Made by a program: the position numbers and the translations under genes
The notes under the pieces: generated by a model
Database searches by the model: none
Told to the model about the DNA's origin: nothing
Seen by the model: only the letters and a program-made list of their open reading frames with translations
In this document: positions 20,136 to 30,855 of the stretch, in pieces
Position numbering within the stretch: position 1 is the first letter of the stretch
Layout of the letters: every line of letters starts with the position of its first letter
Virus record (IMG/VR): IMGVR_UViG_3300042945_001689
Span: 1 to 64,000 of that record
Direction: 5' to 3' (one strand)
Source: a virus
Length of the DNA stretch: 64,000 nt

Positions 20136-20770
20136 TACACTTCTTCCAAGGCAACAGAAATGTTCCAAAGATCGTGGTTATTCCTACCTCTTTTTACAAC
20201 ATCATAACTAAAGTCTGCAATATATACCTGAACAATTTCACTATAACTTGTTAAGTGTAAGAATGCTGCATCATCTGTTCCAAAATTTTTATAATTATCA
20301 TATGATAAAAACATCCAAAATGGACCTTGATGGTTTTCATACCAATCAAGAAGTTCAACTCCGCCTGCGCCACCGTCTGCTGTATACTCATTTTGTCCAG
20401 TAAGATCAGACTTGCCTGTTGAATTAAAATCTGCAACTCTTAAATATGCTCTTGATGGCAAATTATCCCATGACATAGATATAGTCATTTTGTCTGCAAT
20501 ATGATGAGATCTCATATTTCCATTAATCATTCTTTGTCTTTGTTCTATTCTTGTTGGTTTAAATTGTATTGATGATCTATTATGATCTGATAAAATTAAA
20601 AATTGATTTGCTGGTTGAGAAGTAGTTGCTAATGATGAATCAGCACCTATTTCTTGACCAGTAGGAATGTAAATACCAGTTGCATCTAATGTGCCAGAAT
20701 TTTCTGACCAAATTATAGCCTGTGGCCTAGCATATCTTTTTCTACCTAAAATATATGATGCTGTTGCCAT
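20135..20770 (-). CDS. Distal tail protein (Dit-like)
   Basis: Directly follows tape measure; RMINGNMRS...SMSWDNLP...WNISVALEEV. Confidence 0.65.
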   Translation of the reverse strand: MATASYILGRKRYARPQAIIWSENSGTLDATGIYIPTGQEIGADSSLATTSQPANQFLILSDHNRSSIQFKPTRIEQRQRMINGNMRSHHIADKMTISMSWDNLPSRAYLRVADFNSTGKSDLTGQNEYTADGGAGGVELLDWYENHQGPFWMFLSYDNYKNFGTDDAAFLHLTSYSEIVQVYIADFSYDVVKRGRNNHDLWNISVALEEV

Positions 20771-23700
20771 TATCTATTACCCCTAATTCTTTGTGCGTCA
20801 ATTTGTTTAATTTGATTAATAACAGTTCTTGCAATATCATTTGGATTTGCATTGCTATTTGATACATTGACGCTTAGACTATAATTATACACTGAGTTAC
20901 CTAGAACTTCTCCATTATTAATACTATTCATTACCCCTGTGCCAAGCATATCAACTGCTCTTTTTTGTACTACAAACTCCCCAGGAGTTAGCATTGCTGG
21001 GATAGTGTCTGTTCCTTTACCATATCCGCCTGCTGCAAAATATTTTGGAACAACTCCACCCATTGCCATATATTTAGGAACCATTCCACCAGAGTTCATT
21101 GGGATGCGTAGGTAATTTAAAGGGTTGTAGGCTGCAGGCTGAGGCTTAGGTTTAGTTTGTTTCGCTGCCCACACTGGCGGGGCTTCTTTTTGCACCCCAC
21201 CTAAATATTTGCCCATCTGAGTGGCCCAATCATCAGCAGCCTTTGGCGCATCTGGTGTTGGTAGATTCAGGTGATTTAGGAAAGGAGGTGATGTTGATGT
21301 TGGTGTCCCACCTGCTTCTGCAAGTGCTTTTAATCTTGCTTCTTCTTTTAATCTTGCTTCTTCTGCTTCTCTCTGTTTTTTTATCTCTTCATCTGAATAA
21401 CCACTACCTGTAAGTTCTACTTTTTTTGTAGACTGTTGTGCAAGCAATTCTTTAACTTGAACTCCAACAGCCTTAAGCGCAGTTACGGTAGCATTTGCAT
21501 CTCCAACAACACCCTGTAATATTTGTCCCAAGAAATCTTTATTGTTTGGATCAATGCCAGCATCAAGAGCCTTAGCAATTCCAGTAACTGCAGACTCTAT
21601 TTCAACTCGTGTCATTCCAATGGTTTTCTTAAGTTCATCGTCTAAAGCATTTTTAGCAAGTCTAATTCTTTCTTCAATATCTGATAGGCTATTAATAATA
21701 GCCTTATTATCTGCTTCAATTTTCTCTCTTGTTTTACCACCAAATTCAATGCCAGCAAGTTGTTTCTTTCTTGCATCTTCAATTGCCTTGCGTTTTCTTT
21801 CAATCTGTGCAGCAGCCTCTGCTTGTCTAATTTCCTGAATTGCTCCTGCTGCGCCTGCCATATCTCCACCAGCAAGTGCCTGAGCAAGACCAAATCTTCT
21901 TTGCTGTATTTGATTAATTTCTTCTTGTTTTACTGCAATCTTGTCTAATGCTTCAATTTGCTTGTCATACTTTTCATTAATTTTTTCTTCTTCTTGCGAT
22001 ATCTTTTCTAAAGCATATTCATTTGCTTCTTGACGAGAACTTAAAATTGCTTTTTCAGATGCATATTGATTTTCAATTAACTGCTCTTGTAATGCTACAA
22101 ACTTTTGCACCATTTCAAATCTAGCCTTTTGGCCATCCATCGCATCCATAAGACCAATTTTTTCTACTCTTTCATATTGTTTTTGAGCATGAGTTAGTTT
22201 TTGTGTTTCTTCTTTAAGTTTTTGTAGTTGTTCTGGACTAAGTTCCTTATTTGCAATTGCAAGAGCAAGAGTTTGATCTTTAGCAAGTTCTTGGGCTTCT
22301 GCAAAAGTAAATCCAGCCTTGACAAGTGTTGATGTGGCCTGTGTTTGCTGCTTAAGTGCTAGAACGTTGTTTCTAATGCTTACCTGGTACTCGCCTAGTT
22401 TTGCAGAAACCATACCACGCATAATTGCCTTACCAGCCTCATTGAGAATAAGTAGTCCCTTTTGACCTTTTTCAACAAACTTTTCAAGATTTTTTTGTAT
22501 TCCTTCTGGACCAAAAGAATCTACAAAATCTAAAAATTCTTGACTTACTTGGCCATTTCCTAAAAGTTGTTGATCAACACCTTTAAATTTTGTTAAACTG
22601 ATTGCATCTTTACCAGACATAACTCTCTTTAATTCTTTAAGTCCACCAAGAGCATTAATGCTGCGGTCTTGAACCATCTTTAGTCTCATTAATAAGTCAT
22701 CAAATGTTGTATCTCTTTCTTTTTTACCACCAGCACCTTTGCCACCACCTGGAACAGATGACTTATCTCCTGCAGTTTTTGTTACCTGTCTTGCTTTAAA
22801 GTCAGCATATTTTCTAAGGTAAGAATCTGTAAATCCGCTTTGGTCCGCTTGTCTTGGGTTAACACCCTGTTCTTTTAACCATGATTGAAATTCTGGATTA
22901 TTAGCATCTATAGTTTCCGTTGTTGTAATTAATGTTTTTAAATAAACTTTTTGATCTTCTGCTGGAAGTTTGAGATAATAATCAAGATTTTCATTAAGTG
23001 TTTGAATTGCTTTTGGACTTGAGCCTAAAATCTTAGTTGCAATATCTACCTTAATCTTGCCTTTCTTTGCATCAACTTGTTTAAAAATATCCATAAGACG
23101 TGCTTGTTTATCTACATCTTTTGATATTACGTTTCCAATTATACTTACGTCTAATACTCCGCCAACTTTGCTAATCTGATTCCAAAAATCAATTTTTTCT
23201 TGTGCTTCTTTAGATGTCGGTGCTGCTCCTACTTCAAGCATAATTTGTTTTTGTAGTTCAACGTTTGCGCCATCTTTTCCAGCAAACATTGAAGCAACGC
23301 TTAAGGCTTCATTTGACACTGCTCCACCAAACTTAGTGGTGATGTTAAAAAATTTTTCTTGATCTTCTTTAGTTTTAAAAATGTCTACAATATCAAGGAC
23401 CTGCATAGGATCAAGTTGTCCAGATGCTAATTGCATTTTAAGAGTATACTTTTGTTCATCTTTAAGTTCCATGTCATCAATAGTAGATTTTGATAATGTA
23501 GCAACATCTTCAAGTGCTGTACCTTTATATTTAGAAGTTATAGCCTTATCTACACCCGTCATAAGTTGTGATTGTGCCTTTGAATTTGTAAATGACTCAG
23601 TAATTTGTTGTGTTGTTTTTTGATTTTCTTCAACAAGTTTTTGCCTATTTGTATCATATTCTACTTGAAGTTTTTTGGCTTCTACAATTTTTCCTTCTGC

Positions 23701-26700
23701 TTTTAGAAGTTCTATTTTTCGTTGATATTCTAAATCCATAGAGTCTAACAATTCTTGTTGTTGTTCTAATGCAATTTTTTGTAATGCTACTTGAGCACCT
23801 GAACTCTCACCCATTCTTTTTGCTCTATCTTTTCTACCATATATTGCACCAGCAATTGCACCGCCAATTGAGCCGACAACAGCGCCAATGGCTGTACCAA
23901 CGACTGGAAGAATCATTGATCCCACCACTGCTCCCGCTAATGCACCTCCGCCAGCACCTGCTGCTTGCCAACCTTGAGCCTTAACCATATCCATGCCTGT
24001 CACTTTGCTTGACCTATTAGTAGCCGCTGCTGCTTGACCCATTCTTTCTCTTGTATCTTGAACTAATTTTGTTCTAACAGTTAATGGATCTGTCATTAAG
24101 TTTTCACCACTGGGGCCAAGGATAGATATTAACTTAGCGTTAACGCTCATTCCAAATGAATAATCTCCAAGTTCTTGAGCAATATTTGCAACAACGCTTC
24201 TTGCTTGTTCAGCGCTCATTGCTCCAGAACTTACTGCTGTTGCCATTTGTGAAACAAGTGCACTTTGAGCACCTGCTTGTCCACTTTGTTTAATGTTTTT
24301 TCCAACATCTTTAGCCATTTGCTTACCCTGCTCACCTTCAGCAAATGCTTGTCCAAATGTTTTTTTGCCTGGTTGAATTTGATAGATTCCAGTTTTTTCT
24401 TTTCTTCTTCTTTCCATAACTTCACCAGCAGATACTTTTCCTGCTGCTTCTGCAAACATTCTTATGTTTTTAGAACTTGCTCCCATTTGTTCTGCAAATG
24501 CAAGAGTTTCATCTTGTGCCTTATCAAAACTTCTTCTAACCAGTACTGCTGAAAGAGCAATTGCTCCAATTCCAACAACAGCAGCACTTATTGGTCCCTG
24601 AATCATGGACATGGCCATTATTGCTCCACTAGCAGCCGTCATCATTGGAGCAACCTTATCTGCAATTCCTCCACCCATCAATGACGCACCCTGAGCAACA
24701 GCACTTAAACCAAATGCAGCCATGTTTGCCCTTTGCATAAGCATTTGATTTCTTACTCTCATTGCTTCAACATCTTGTCCTCCTGCTCCACCCGCACCTC
24801 TACCAAACCTACCAAATCTTCTTTTAGTTGTTTGCTTAGTTTTTTCTTTTTCCTTATCTTCAAATGGATAATCAACACCTACTGGAATAGCAATTCCTCC
24901 AGGACTTACACGTTCACCAGATGGTAGTGTTGAAACAGGGTTTTGCATTGATGCTTGATTATTAAGTGCATCTCTAGTACTTCCAAGCAATGCTCGTGAT
25001 AGCACATTTGCAAACGCTGTACTTGCTTTTGATAAACCACTTTCTACAACAGTACTAAATCTTTTACCAGCACTATCTGCGCTTTGTGGACTTATTCCAA
25101 TATCTGCATATGGATTGCCTTGGCCTGGTGGAAGAGGGATAATCGGTTCATAAGGTGTGGGTCCTCCTGTGGTTCCTTTAGACCTATATTGAACCTTACC
25201 TGAATTCATTGCTTCAAGAATTGGACCATTTTCTTGTGTAGCCTTTTTATTTACTACAAATTCTCCTGGGGTAAGTAATGCTGGTACAGTGTCCTTCTCT
25301 CCATACCCTGGAACAGAGCCACCAGATGCAAATCTCTTTGGAGTTCCATATTTCCTATTGGCAACATTTAATTTACTAAATCCAACTCCACGCATTTTTA
25401 ACATATTAAACATCATATTTGGTGCTCTTAACATTTTTTTATGCGATTCTGGTAGTGCATCAAAATCAGATTGCCTTCTAGGAAAAAATCCCATAAATGC
25501 AGTAGAGTTTGATTTTTTAGAATGTATGGAACCTAGTGCATTAAGTACATGGCCTTGAATACCACCTTTTCCTGTTTGTTTAAGTCTTGGTTGGCCTTTA
25601 CTAGGGTCTATCTTCCCTCTAGATGTCATGCCCTTATCTTTAGACATTCCTAATCTATAATCTTTTGCAGCAAGTTTAACTATATTTTTTGATATATCTT
25701 CTGTATTTTTTAATTGAATAGACATAAAACGTTTATACAGTCTTCGGTAAGTTTTACCGTCTATTCCTTCTCCTTCGGACATTGCACCAGCAAGTGCATA
25801 TCGCATTGCCATTTCTTTTTTCCATTTAAGAGGATTAGAGTGTATTTTTAAATTAGTATCAAGATCTGCTAAAGCCATTTTCATAAACTTAGTATCTCTT
25901 TCTAATTTCACAAGACTTTGCTTAGTTGGTGGTTGTGGAGGTCTTGACTCCATCTTTTGTAATTCTTTTTGAATAGTTGCTTTTGATCGTATTGCATCTT
26001 CATAAGTTAAAGGATATGGTCTTGCAATATCAAGACTAGGTCTTTCGCTTATTTGATTATAACCATGATTTCCTAAAATAGTAAAACCACTATCGATTTT
26101 ATATCCTGCTTTTGCACCCATAGTATGCAAGTTTGAATCTTTTCCACTTGTAAAATGTAATTTTTCTAAAGAGTTTAAACTTGGATCATATTCTCCTGTT
26201 AACGGAGATCTTCTAGGAGTCCCCCCGTTCCTTAATACAAAACCACCCTTATTTAATCTTTGTAAAAATCCTTTATTTTCTTGTGCTGCATCTTTTCTTA
26301 CAACAAACTCTCCAGGAGTTAGCATTGCAGGAACTGTGTCTCCACTTCCTGATCCTGGAACAAATCCTCCTGCTGCAAATTTCTTTCTTCTAGTTGGCCC
26401 TAGCATGCCAGGGTTTGCTATTGCAAAATTATTTGCTGCAACAACACCACGTCTATATGCATTTGTTAATCCATCAACTGCACTAGATTCTAAAGTAAAT
26501 GTTTGAATTAATTTTGAATGTGCTTGATTTAAAGATGCAGCAATTGTAGCAGCCTCAATTTGTTCAGAAGACATGTATTGAGTTTGAAATGCTAACTGGT
26601 TAGATTGTTTTCCTAGACCAAGAAATCCACTTCTCATTGTTGTAAATAGTTTAATAATATTTGCTGCGCCGTTGGCAATCAAACCAAAAGTCATAAGGAA

Positions 26701-28371
26701 TACTGGACCAATTGCTCCTATAATTGTTGTAACTACAACTAATGCTTTTTTAGTTCCGTCTCCAAGACCATTAAACTTTTCGAGTATCTTGCCGACAAAC
26801 TCTGCTATTGGTGTAACTGCCTTTAAGAACTGTTCTCCAACTGGCGCAATTGCTGATTTAAGACCTTCCATTGCCTTTTGAAATTTTGTTCCAGTTGCAT
26901 TTTCTAATGTTTTTAATTCTCTTTCAGAAAGAATTGCCAACTCTTCGGTTGATTGTGAAACTAAATTTAAAACTCGTGATGCCTGTGTTCCATCTTTACT
27001 TACGTTTTGAAATAGAGTTGAAAGTCTTGAAAACTGGAATTTACCAAAAAGTTGCTCAATTGCTCTTGCTCTAGTTAGTGGGTCTAATGTATCTAATGCA
27101 GCAGCAAAATCTAAAACAATTCCTTTAACATTTCCTTGATTAGATTCAACAATTTGATTAATATTAACACCAAACTCCATAAGCATTGCTGATGCTTTTT
27201 CAGTTGGGTTAATTAATGCTGCAAGGCCAGACTTTAATGCGTTTGCACCTTCAGAAGCATTAATTCCACCTTCCTTCATTGCTGTAAGGAAGAATGCAAG
27301 ATCTTCTACGTCTCCACCAAGTTGTTTAACAACTGGACCAGCCTTTGGAATTGCAATAGTTAAATCTTCAATGCTGACAACAGTTTGGTTTTCAACTGCG
27401 TTAAGAAAATTAATTTTTCTAGCAAGGTCTTCTGCTGATGTTCCAAATGCATCTTGTAATGCAATTGTCGTAGATAAAGCCTCTGACTGCTCTACAGACC
27501 CAAGAACCGCAAGACGTGTTGCTTCTGTAACTTGCGCCATAAGGTCTGCGCCCATCTTACCGCTGGCTGCTGCATCTGCTGCAAGTTTCATAGTGTCTAC
27601 AACTGCAACACCGTATTTTGTAAACTCATCAGCAAGCAATCTTATATTTTCAAGAGCAGCATTTGTCTCTTCTGTTGTAGTAAATATTTCACCATAAACA
27701 CGCTTAAATCTAATTGCTTGTTTTTCTAAATCCATAAATACTTGAGATGCTTTAGTACCAAAAATAGTAAGAGGAATTGTAAAACCAACCATGAGTTGGC
27801 GACCAGCCCATTGTGTATTCTTACCAAAATTTAAAAGGTTTGTTGATCCTTGTTTTAATAGTTGTCCGAACAACTGTTGTTTTTGTGCAGCAAGAGCAAT
27901 TTTTGTTGATAAGTCTTGCATGTCTAGAGTAAGCGGTCTTACTGCTATAGACTGTAGCGCTCCGTTTGCTGAACGACCCATCTTAATATACTGGGTCTGC
28001 ATTGTTTTGACACGCTCTTCAGCAACCTTGCCAATTGTGTCAAATTCAGATTTAAATAATTTACCAAAAGTTCTTGTAGAACCAGCAGCAAACCTAAAGT
28101 ATTCTCTGGTAGAAAGTTTATTTCTTTCTAAAGAATCAGTAAATGATTCTGTTGTACTTTTTATTTCTCTAATGCCTGCTGAAAACTTACCCGTAGCATT
28201 GATAGAGTTAATTAAATTATTTTGTAAATCTTGTTGTGCCCTTGCTGCCTGAGCACTATTTTTTGCTAAAGAGGTGTGAAATGTTGATATTTGTCGTTGC
28301 AGTGCTTTTAATTGTGCTAACGCTTCACTAGCATCAATATTAACTTGAATATTGGACTGAATATCAGCCAT
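20770..28371 (-). CDS. Tail tape measure protein, 2533 aa
   Basis: Long Ala/Gln/Lys-rich helical ORF after the chaperones; TP901-like core (ASEGANALKS...LFGK); hydrophobic Gly-rich segments; repeated AxGG/TPGEFVV motifs. Confidence 0.93.
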   Translation of the reverse strand: MADIQSNIQVNIDASEALAQLKALQRQISTFHTSLAKNSAQAARAQQDLQNNLINSINATGKFSAGIREIKSTTESFTDSLERNKLSTREYFRFAAGSTRTFGKLFKSEFDTIGKVAEERVKTMQTQYIKMGRSANGALQSIAVRPLTLDMQDLSTKIALAAQKQQLFGQLLKQGSTNLLNFGKNTQWAGRQLMVGFTIPLTIFGTKASQVFMDLEKQAIRFKRVYGEIFTTTEETNAALENIRLLADEFTKYGVAVVDTMKLAADAAASGKMGADLMAQVTEATRLAVLGSVEQSEALSTTIALQDAFGTSAEDLARKINFLNAVENQTVVSIEDLTIAIPKAGPVVKQLGGDVEDLAFFLTAMKEGGINASEGANALKSGLAALINPTEKASAMLMEFGVNINQIVESNQGNVKGIVLDFAAALDTLDPLTRARAIEQLFGKFQFSRLSTLFQNVSKDGTQASRVLNLVSQSTEELAILSERELKTLENATGTKFQKAMEGLKSAIAPVGEQFLKAVTPIAEFVGKILEKFNGLGDGTKKALVVVTTIIGAIGPVFLMTFGLIANGAANIIKLFTTMRSGFLGLGKQSNQLAFQTQYMSSEQIEAATIAASLNQAHSKLIQTFTLESSAVDGLTNAYRRGVVAANNFAIANPGMLGPTRRKKFAAGGFVPGSGSGDTVPAMLTPGEFVVRKDAAQENKGFLQRLNKGGFVLRNGGTPRRSPLTGEYDPSLNSLEKLHFTSGKDSNLHTMGAKAGYKIDSGFTILGNHGYNQISERPSLDIARPYPLTYEDAIRSKATIQKELQKMESRPPQPPTKQSLVKLERDTKFMKMALADLDTNLKIHSNPLKWKKEMAMRYALAGAMSEGEGIDGKTYRRLYKRFMSIQLKNTEDISKNIVKLAAKDYRLGMSKDKGMTSRGKIDPSKGQPRLKQTGKGGIQGHVLNALGSIHSKKSNSTAFMGFFPRRQSDFDALPESHKKMLRAPNMMFNMLKMRGVGFSKLNVANRKYGTPKRFASGGSVPGYGEKDTVPALLTPGEFVVNKKATQENGPILEAMNSGKVQYRSKGTTGGPTPYEPIIPLPPGQGNPYADIGISPQSADSAGKRFSTVVESGLSKASTAFANVLSRALLGSTRDALNNQASMQNPVSTLPSGERVSPGGIAIPVGVDYPFEDKEKEKTKQTTKRRFGRFGRGAGGAGGQDVEAMRVRNQMLMQRANMAAFGLSAVAQGASLMGGGIADKVAPMMTAASGAIMAMSMIQGPISAAVVGIGAIALSAVLVRRSFDKAQDETLAFAEQMGASSKNIRMFAEAAGKVSAGEVMERRRKEKTGIYQIQPGKKTFGQAFAEGEQGKQMAKDVGKNIKQSGQAGAQSALVSQMATAVSSGAMSAEQARSVVANIAQELGDYSFGMSVNAKLISILGPSGENLMTDPLTVRTKLVQDTRERMGQAAAATNRSSKVTGMDMVKAQGWQAAGAGGGALAGAVVGSMILPVVGTAIGAVVGSIGGAIAGAIYGRKDRAKRMGESSGAQVALQKIALEQQQELLDSMDLEYQRKIELLKAEGKIVEAKKLQVEYDTNRQKLVEENQKTTQQITESFTNSKAQSQLMTGVDKAITSKYKGTALEDVATLSKSTIDDMELKDEQKYTLKMQLASGQLDPMQVLDIVDIFKTKEDQEKFFNITTKFGGAVSNEALSVASMFAGKDGANVELQKQIMLEVGAAPTSKEAQEKIDFWNQISKVGGVLDVSIIGNVISKDVDKQARLMDIFKQVDAKKGKIKVDIATKILGSSPKAIQTLNENLDYYLKLPAEDQKVYLKTLITTTETIDANNPEFQSWLKEQGVNPRQADQSGFTDSYLRKYADFKARQVTKTAGDKSSVPGGGKGAGGKKERDTTFDDLLMRLKMVQDRSINALGGLKELKRVMSGKDAISLTKFKGVDQQLLGNGQVSQEFLDFVDSFGPEGIQKNLEKFVEKGQKGLLILNEAGKAIMRGMVSAKLGEYQVSIRNNVLALKQQTQATSTLVKAGFTFAEAQELAKDQTLALAIANKELSPEQLQKLKEETQKLTHAQKQYERVEKIGLMDAMDGQKARFEMVQKFVALQEQLIENQYASEKAILSSRQEANEYALEKISQEEEKINEKYDKQIEALDKIAVKQEEINQIQQRRFGLAQALAGGDMAGAAGAIQEIRQAEAAAQIERKRKAIEDARKKQLAGIEFGGKTREKIEADNKAIINSLSDIEERIRLAKNALDDELKKTIGMTRVEIESAVTGIAKALDAGIDPNNKDFLGQILQGVVGDANATVTALKAVGVQVKELLAQQSTKKVELTGSGYSDEEIKKQREAEEARLKEEARLKALAEAGGTPTSTSPPFLNHLNLPTPDAPKAADDWATQMGKYLGGVQKEAPPVWAAKQTKPKPQPAAYNPLNYLRIPMNSGGMVPKYMAMGGVVPKYFAAGGYGKGTDTIPAMLTPGEFVVQKRAVDMLGTGVMNSINNGEVLGNSVYNYSLSVNVSNSNANPNDIARTVINQIKQIDAQRIRGNR

Positions 28372-28390
28372 TCACAGCACCTCTTTAGTT

Positions 28391-28708
28391 TTAAATATTT
28401 AGAAGGTCAGCCTCTTGAAGATTAACTCCAGATGCTGCTTCAATAATCTTATATACAGTTGGAAGATCCAAGATTTCTTCTAACTTTTCCATGTCGTCTG
28501 CTAATTCTGGCTTATATTGCTGCAATGCAATATTTACACATTCTAGAAGAACGACAAGCGACTTTTCGTTATCCTGAGAAACAGTTGCAATCTCCTCAAA
28601 CTTTTTCATAAAAGGCTTAAGCAATGATATTTTTAGAGGTCTTAGTGCAATCTTAGTTCCATCAATAAGAACTACAGTTTTTTCATCTTTTGCAGTAGTT
28701 GCTGCCAT
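28391..28708 (-). CDS. Tail assembly chaperone, short form
   Basis: Directly upstream of tape measure; start MAATTAK with SD GAAAGGAA; paralog of the N-half of 28754..29446. Confidence 0.7.
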   Translation of the reverse strand: MAATTAKDEKTVVLIDGTKIALRPLKISLLKPFMKKFEEIATVSQDNEKSLVVLLECVNIALQQYKPELADDMEKLEEILDLPTVYKIIEAASGVNLQEADLLNI

Positions 28709-28737
28709 TATATTGTTCCTTTCAACATAGTAAATCA

Positions 28738-28746
28738 ATTATAGCA
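28738..28746 (-). promoter_or_regulatory. Extended -10 promoter of short chaperone / tape measure
   Basis: TGCTATAAT, followed by a short leader with SD. Confidence 0.65.
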
Positions 28747-28753
28747 TAAAACA

Positions 28754-29446
28754 CTATTTTTGGGTAAGATCTTCGTACTCTAAACCCATTCCTATTCCAA
28801 ACCCAGCCATTTGTGCATTTGCACCTTGTAATGATAAAACATCATTACCATCAGATGTTTTTCCTTTGCTAAATACTCTAGCCTTTAAGTTTTCCCATTC
28901 ATTTTGCTGATTTTTTCCCTTGTCAATATCTACACCTTGTATTGCTGCTAAAAACTTTTTTTCTTCATAATCTAACTCTCTTCGTGAAGCAAGGGTTGCC
29001 ATAAGTTCTGGCATTGATAAAGATAGTTCTAATTCTCTATAATCTTTCCAAATTCCTATTAAAAATACTTCAGACTCTAGTTTTGCAAGATCTAAATCTG
29101 ACCATCCAGATGCTTTTTCACCATCCATAGTTTTTTGTTTTACATCTTTATCATCTTTACTATTTACTTTAATATTGGCTGCATACTCTAATATTTCATA
29201 AACCATATGTAAATCTACTAAATTTTCTACATCTTCCAGGGATTTAGCCTCGGGATAATATTGTCTCATTGCAATAGCAGCGCACTTAACCAAAACATCA
29301 ACTGCATCCATATCATCTTTTACATCTTTTATATTTTCAAATTCGTCCATAAGATCATGCAAATGTTTAATTTTTAATGGCACCATCTCAATGTACCTGC
29401 CATTTAATAACTCAAGATTTTTTGAAGAATATATTTTTGTAGCCAT
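28754..29446 (-). CDS. Tail assembly chaperone, long form
   Basis: Lies between tail tube and tape measure; N-half aligns with the short chaperone. Confidence 0.7.
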   Translation of the reverse strand: MATKIYSSKNLELLNGRYIEMVPLKIKHLHDLMDEFENIKDVKDDMDAVDVLVKCAAIAMRQYYPEAKSLEDVENLVDLHMVYEILEYAANIKVNSKDDKDVKQKTMDGEKASGWSDLDLAKLESEVFLIGIWKDYRELELSLSMPELMATLASRRELDYEEKKFLAAIQGVDIDKGKNQQNEWENLKARVFSKGKTSDGNDVLSLQGANAQMAGFGIGMGLEYEDLTQK

Positions 29447-29453
29447 TTACATA

Positions 29454-29462
29454 ATTTTAGCA
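29454..29462 (-). promoter_or_regulatory. Extended -10 promoter, leaderless
   Basis: TGCTAAAAT 7 nt before ATG 29446, just after the terminator. Confidence 0.6.
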
Positions 29463-29474
29463 CAAAAAGACAAA

Positions 29475-29495
29475 GCCCATCTATAAAAGATGGGC
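29475..29495 (-). terminator. Intrinsic terminator after major tail gene
   Basis: Stem GCCCATCT/AGATGGGC, 5-nt loop, followed on the minus strand by TTTGTCTTTTT. Confidence 0.8.
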
Positions 29496-29513
29496 CTTAT
29501 CAATCAGTTAAGA

Positions 29514-30155
29514 TTATGATGCAGTGTGAGTGCGATCAACGATCTTGCCGTATGTTGCTGTCAAGTCATCTGGAAGAAGACGGAATGAAACTTCAAACAT
29601 TGAAGCCTCGTCACGCTTAGCAGATACTGTAACATTTTCAATGGAAAGAGCACGATACGCAACGTATACACGCTCAACGTTTCCAGAATCTTCACAGTCA
29701 CCAGTTCCTGGACCTACTGCAACGATACCACGCTCAACTGGGCATTCTCCAATGTCTCCTGCGGAGAGATTAAGAGTGCGACCTGCTGATGAAGCCTTGT
29801 TGCCTGAAAGGTCGGAATCCTGGCCTGCGGTAGCAAGAAGAAGATTCTCAAGAGTTGCCTCTGCAAAAGCGGTAGCAAGATTTACTTGCATTCCCTGCTT
29901 GTAGAGTTTTGCAACGTCTAGAATCTGGTCGACCTGAACCTCACCAAAATCTGGTTGGAATTGAAGTTCAATACCGTTCATTGTATAACCAACGTTTGTG
30001 TAGTCTGGGTCTGCTGAAAGAGTAGACTTGTAAGACTCTGTGCTTACAAACGATGGAATAGCGTTAGTAGTGGTATTGAGATTGGCATCAGCAACGAAAA
30101 GGGCTGCTGCACCTACGATAATATTAGTGGATGTACCACGAGAATATGCTGGCAT
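29514..30155 (-). CDS. Major tail tube protein
   Basis: NIIVGAAALF...VGYTMNG...VDQ...EATLENL...FEVSFRLLP; strong SD GAGGTG; followed by terminator. Confidence 0.85.
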   Translation of the reverse strand: MPAYSRGTSTNIIVGAAALFVADANLNTTTNAIPSFVSTESYKSTLSADPDYTNVGYTMNGIELQFQPDFGEVQVDQILDVAKLYKQGMQVNLATAFAEATLENLLLATAGQDSDLSGNKASSAGRTLNLSAGDIGECPVERGIVAVGPGTGDCEDSGNVERVYVAYRALSIENVTVSAKRDEASMFEVSFRLLPDDLTATYGKIVDRTHTAS

Positions 30156-30243
30156 ATTTAATTCACCTCTTTTTTAGTTTTGTATTAAGTTGTGTAGTGG
30201 TAAACAAGGCGATGTTTCCTCTAAACCCAGTATATCAGTGTTT

Positions 30244-30855
30244 TTAGGTATAATTAATATCAGGATCTGGGATGGCAGTATTAATGATTTTCTGCTGATT
30301 AATGGAATGGTAGTCATATTCAATAACGAATTTATTGAGCGTCAAGCCTCTTAAAGCAGCAAGTTCAGTTAGGTCTCTAACTTCTTCCAATTGATAAACT
30401 TTAATGTCATGAAAATATACGTTATGTGTAATTGGTACGGCTGAATCACTTATTGGGCTATTCCCGTTTTGCTTAGCCATGCACCATCTATTTAGGTCCT
30501 CTGCAGCAGCATCTGATCTATCAAGAAGTTGTGAAATTATAATTCCAGCATCTATGATCTTGCTTGGGACTGAATAGACATAATATAAGAGTTGTTCACA
30601 CTTCATAGGATAAAAAGCATCTCTTCTAAATCTTAGGAGCCTATCATACTGAATAGCAATATCCCATTGCACTGAAAGAGCAGTTCCATTTTCATCATAT
30701 TGTTGTGGAATATCAACTCTGTTTTTTGTTAAATCATCTATTGCATTCGGACTGCTTGGAATTGTAAGAACACTAAAGCCATACTTGTTTAGTTCTTCTT
30801 TAATATATTCATTAATCCAGATAGGTGGAAATGGAAGGTCTCTTATGTCTTTCAT
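30244..30855 (-). CDS. Probable tail terminator / neck protein
   Basis: Position immediately upstream of tail tube. Confidence 0.5.
   Translation of the reverse strand: MKDIRDLPFPPIWINEYIKEELNKYGFSVLTIPSSPNAIDDLTKNRVDIPQQYDENGTALSVQWDIAIQYDRLLRFRRDAFYPMKCEQLLYYVYSVPSKIIDAGIIISQLLDRSDAAAEDLNRWCMAKQNGNSPISDSAVPITHNVYFHDIKVYQLEEVRDLTELAALRGLTLNKFVIEYDYHSINQQKIINTAIPDPDINYT

Noticed and set aside
28754-29446. Programmed frameshift joining the tail chaperone ORFs
   Set aside because: The ORFs do not overlap, the long form is already one frame, and the downstream ORF has its own promoter and SD.
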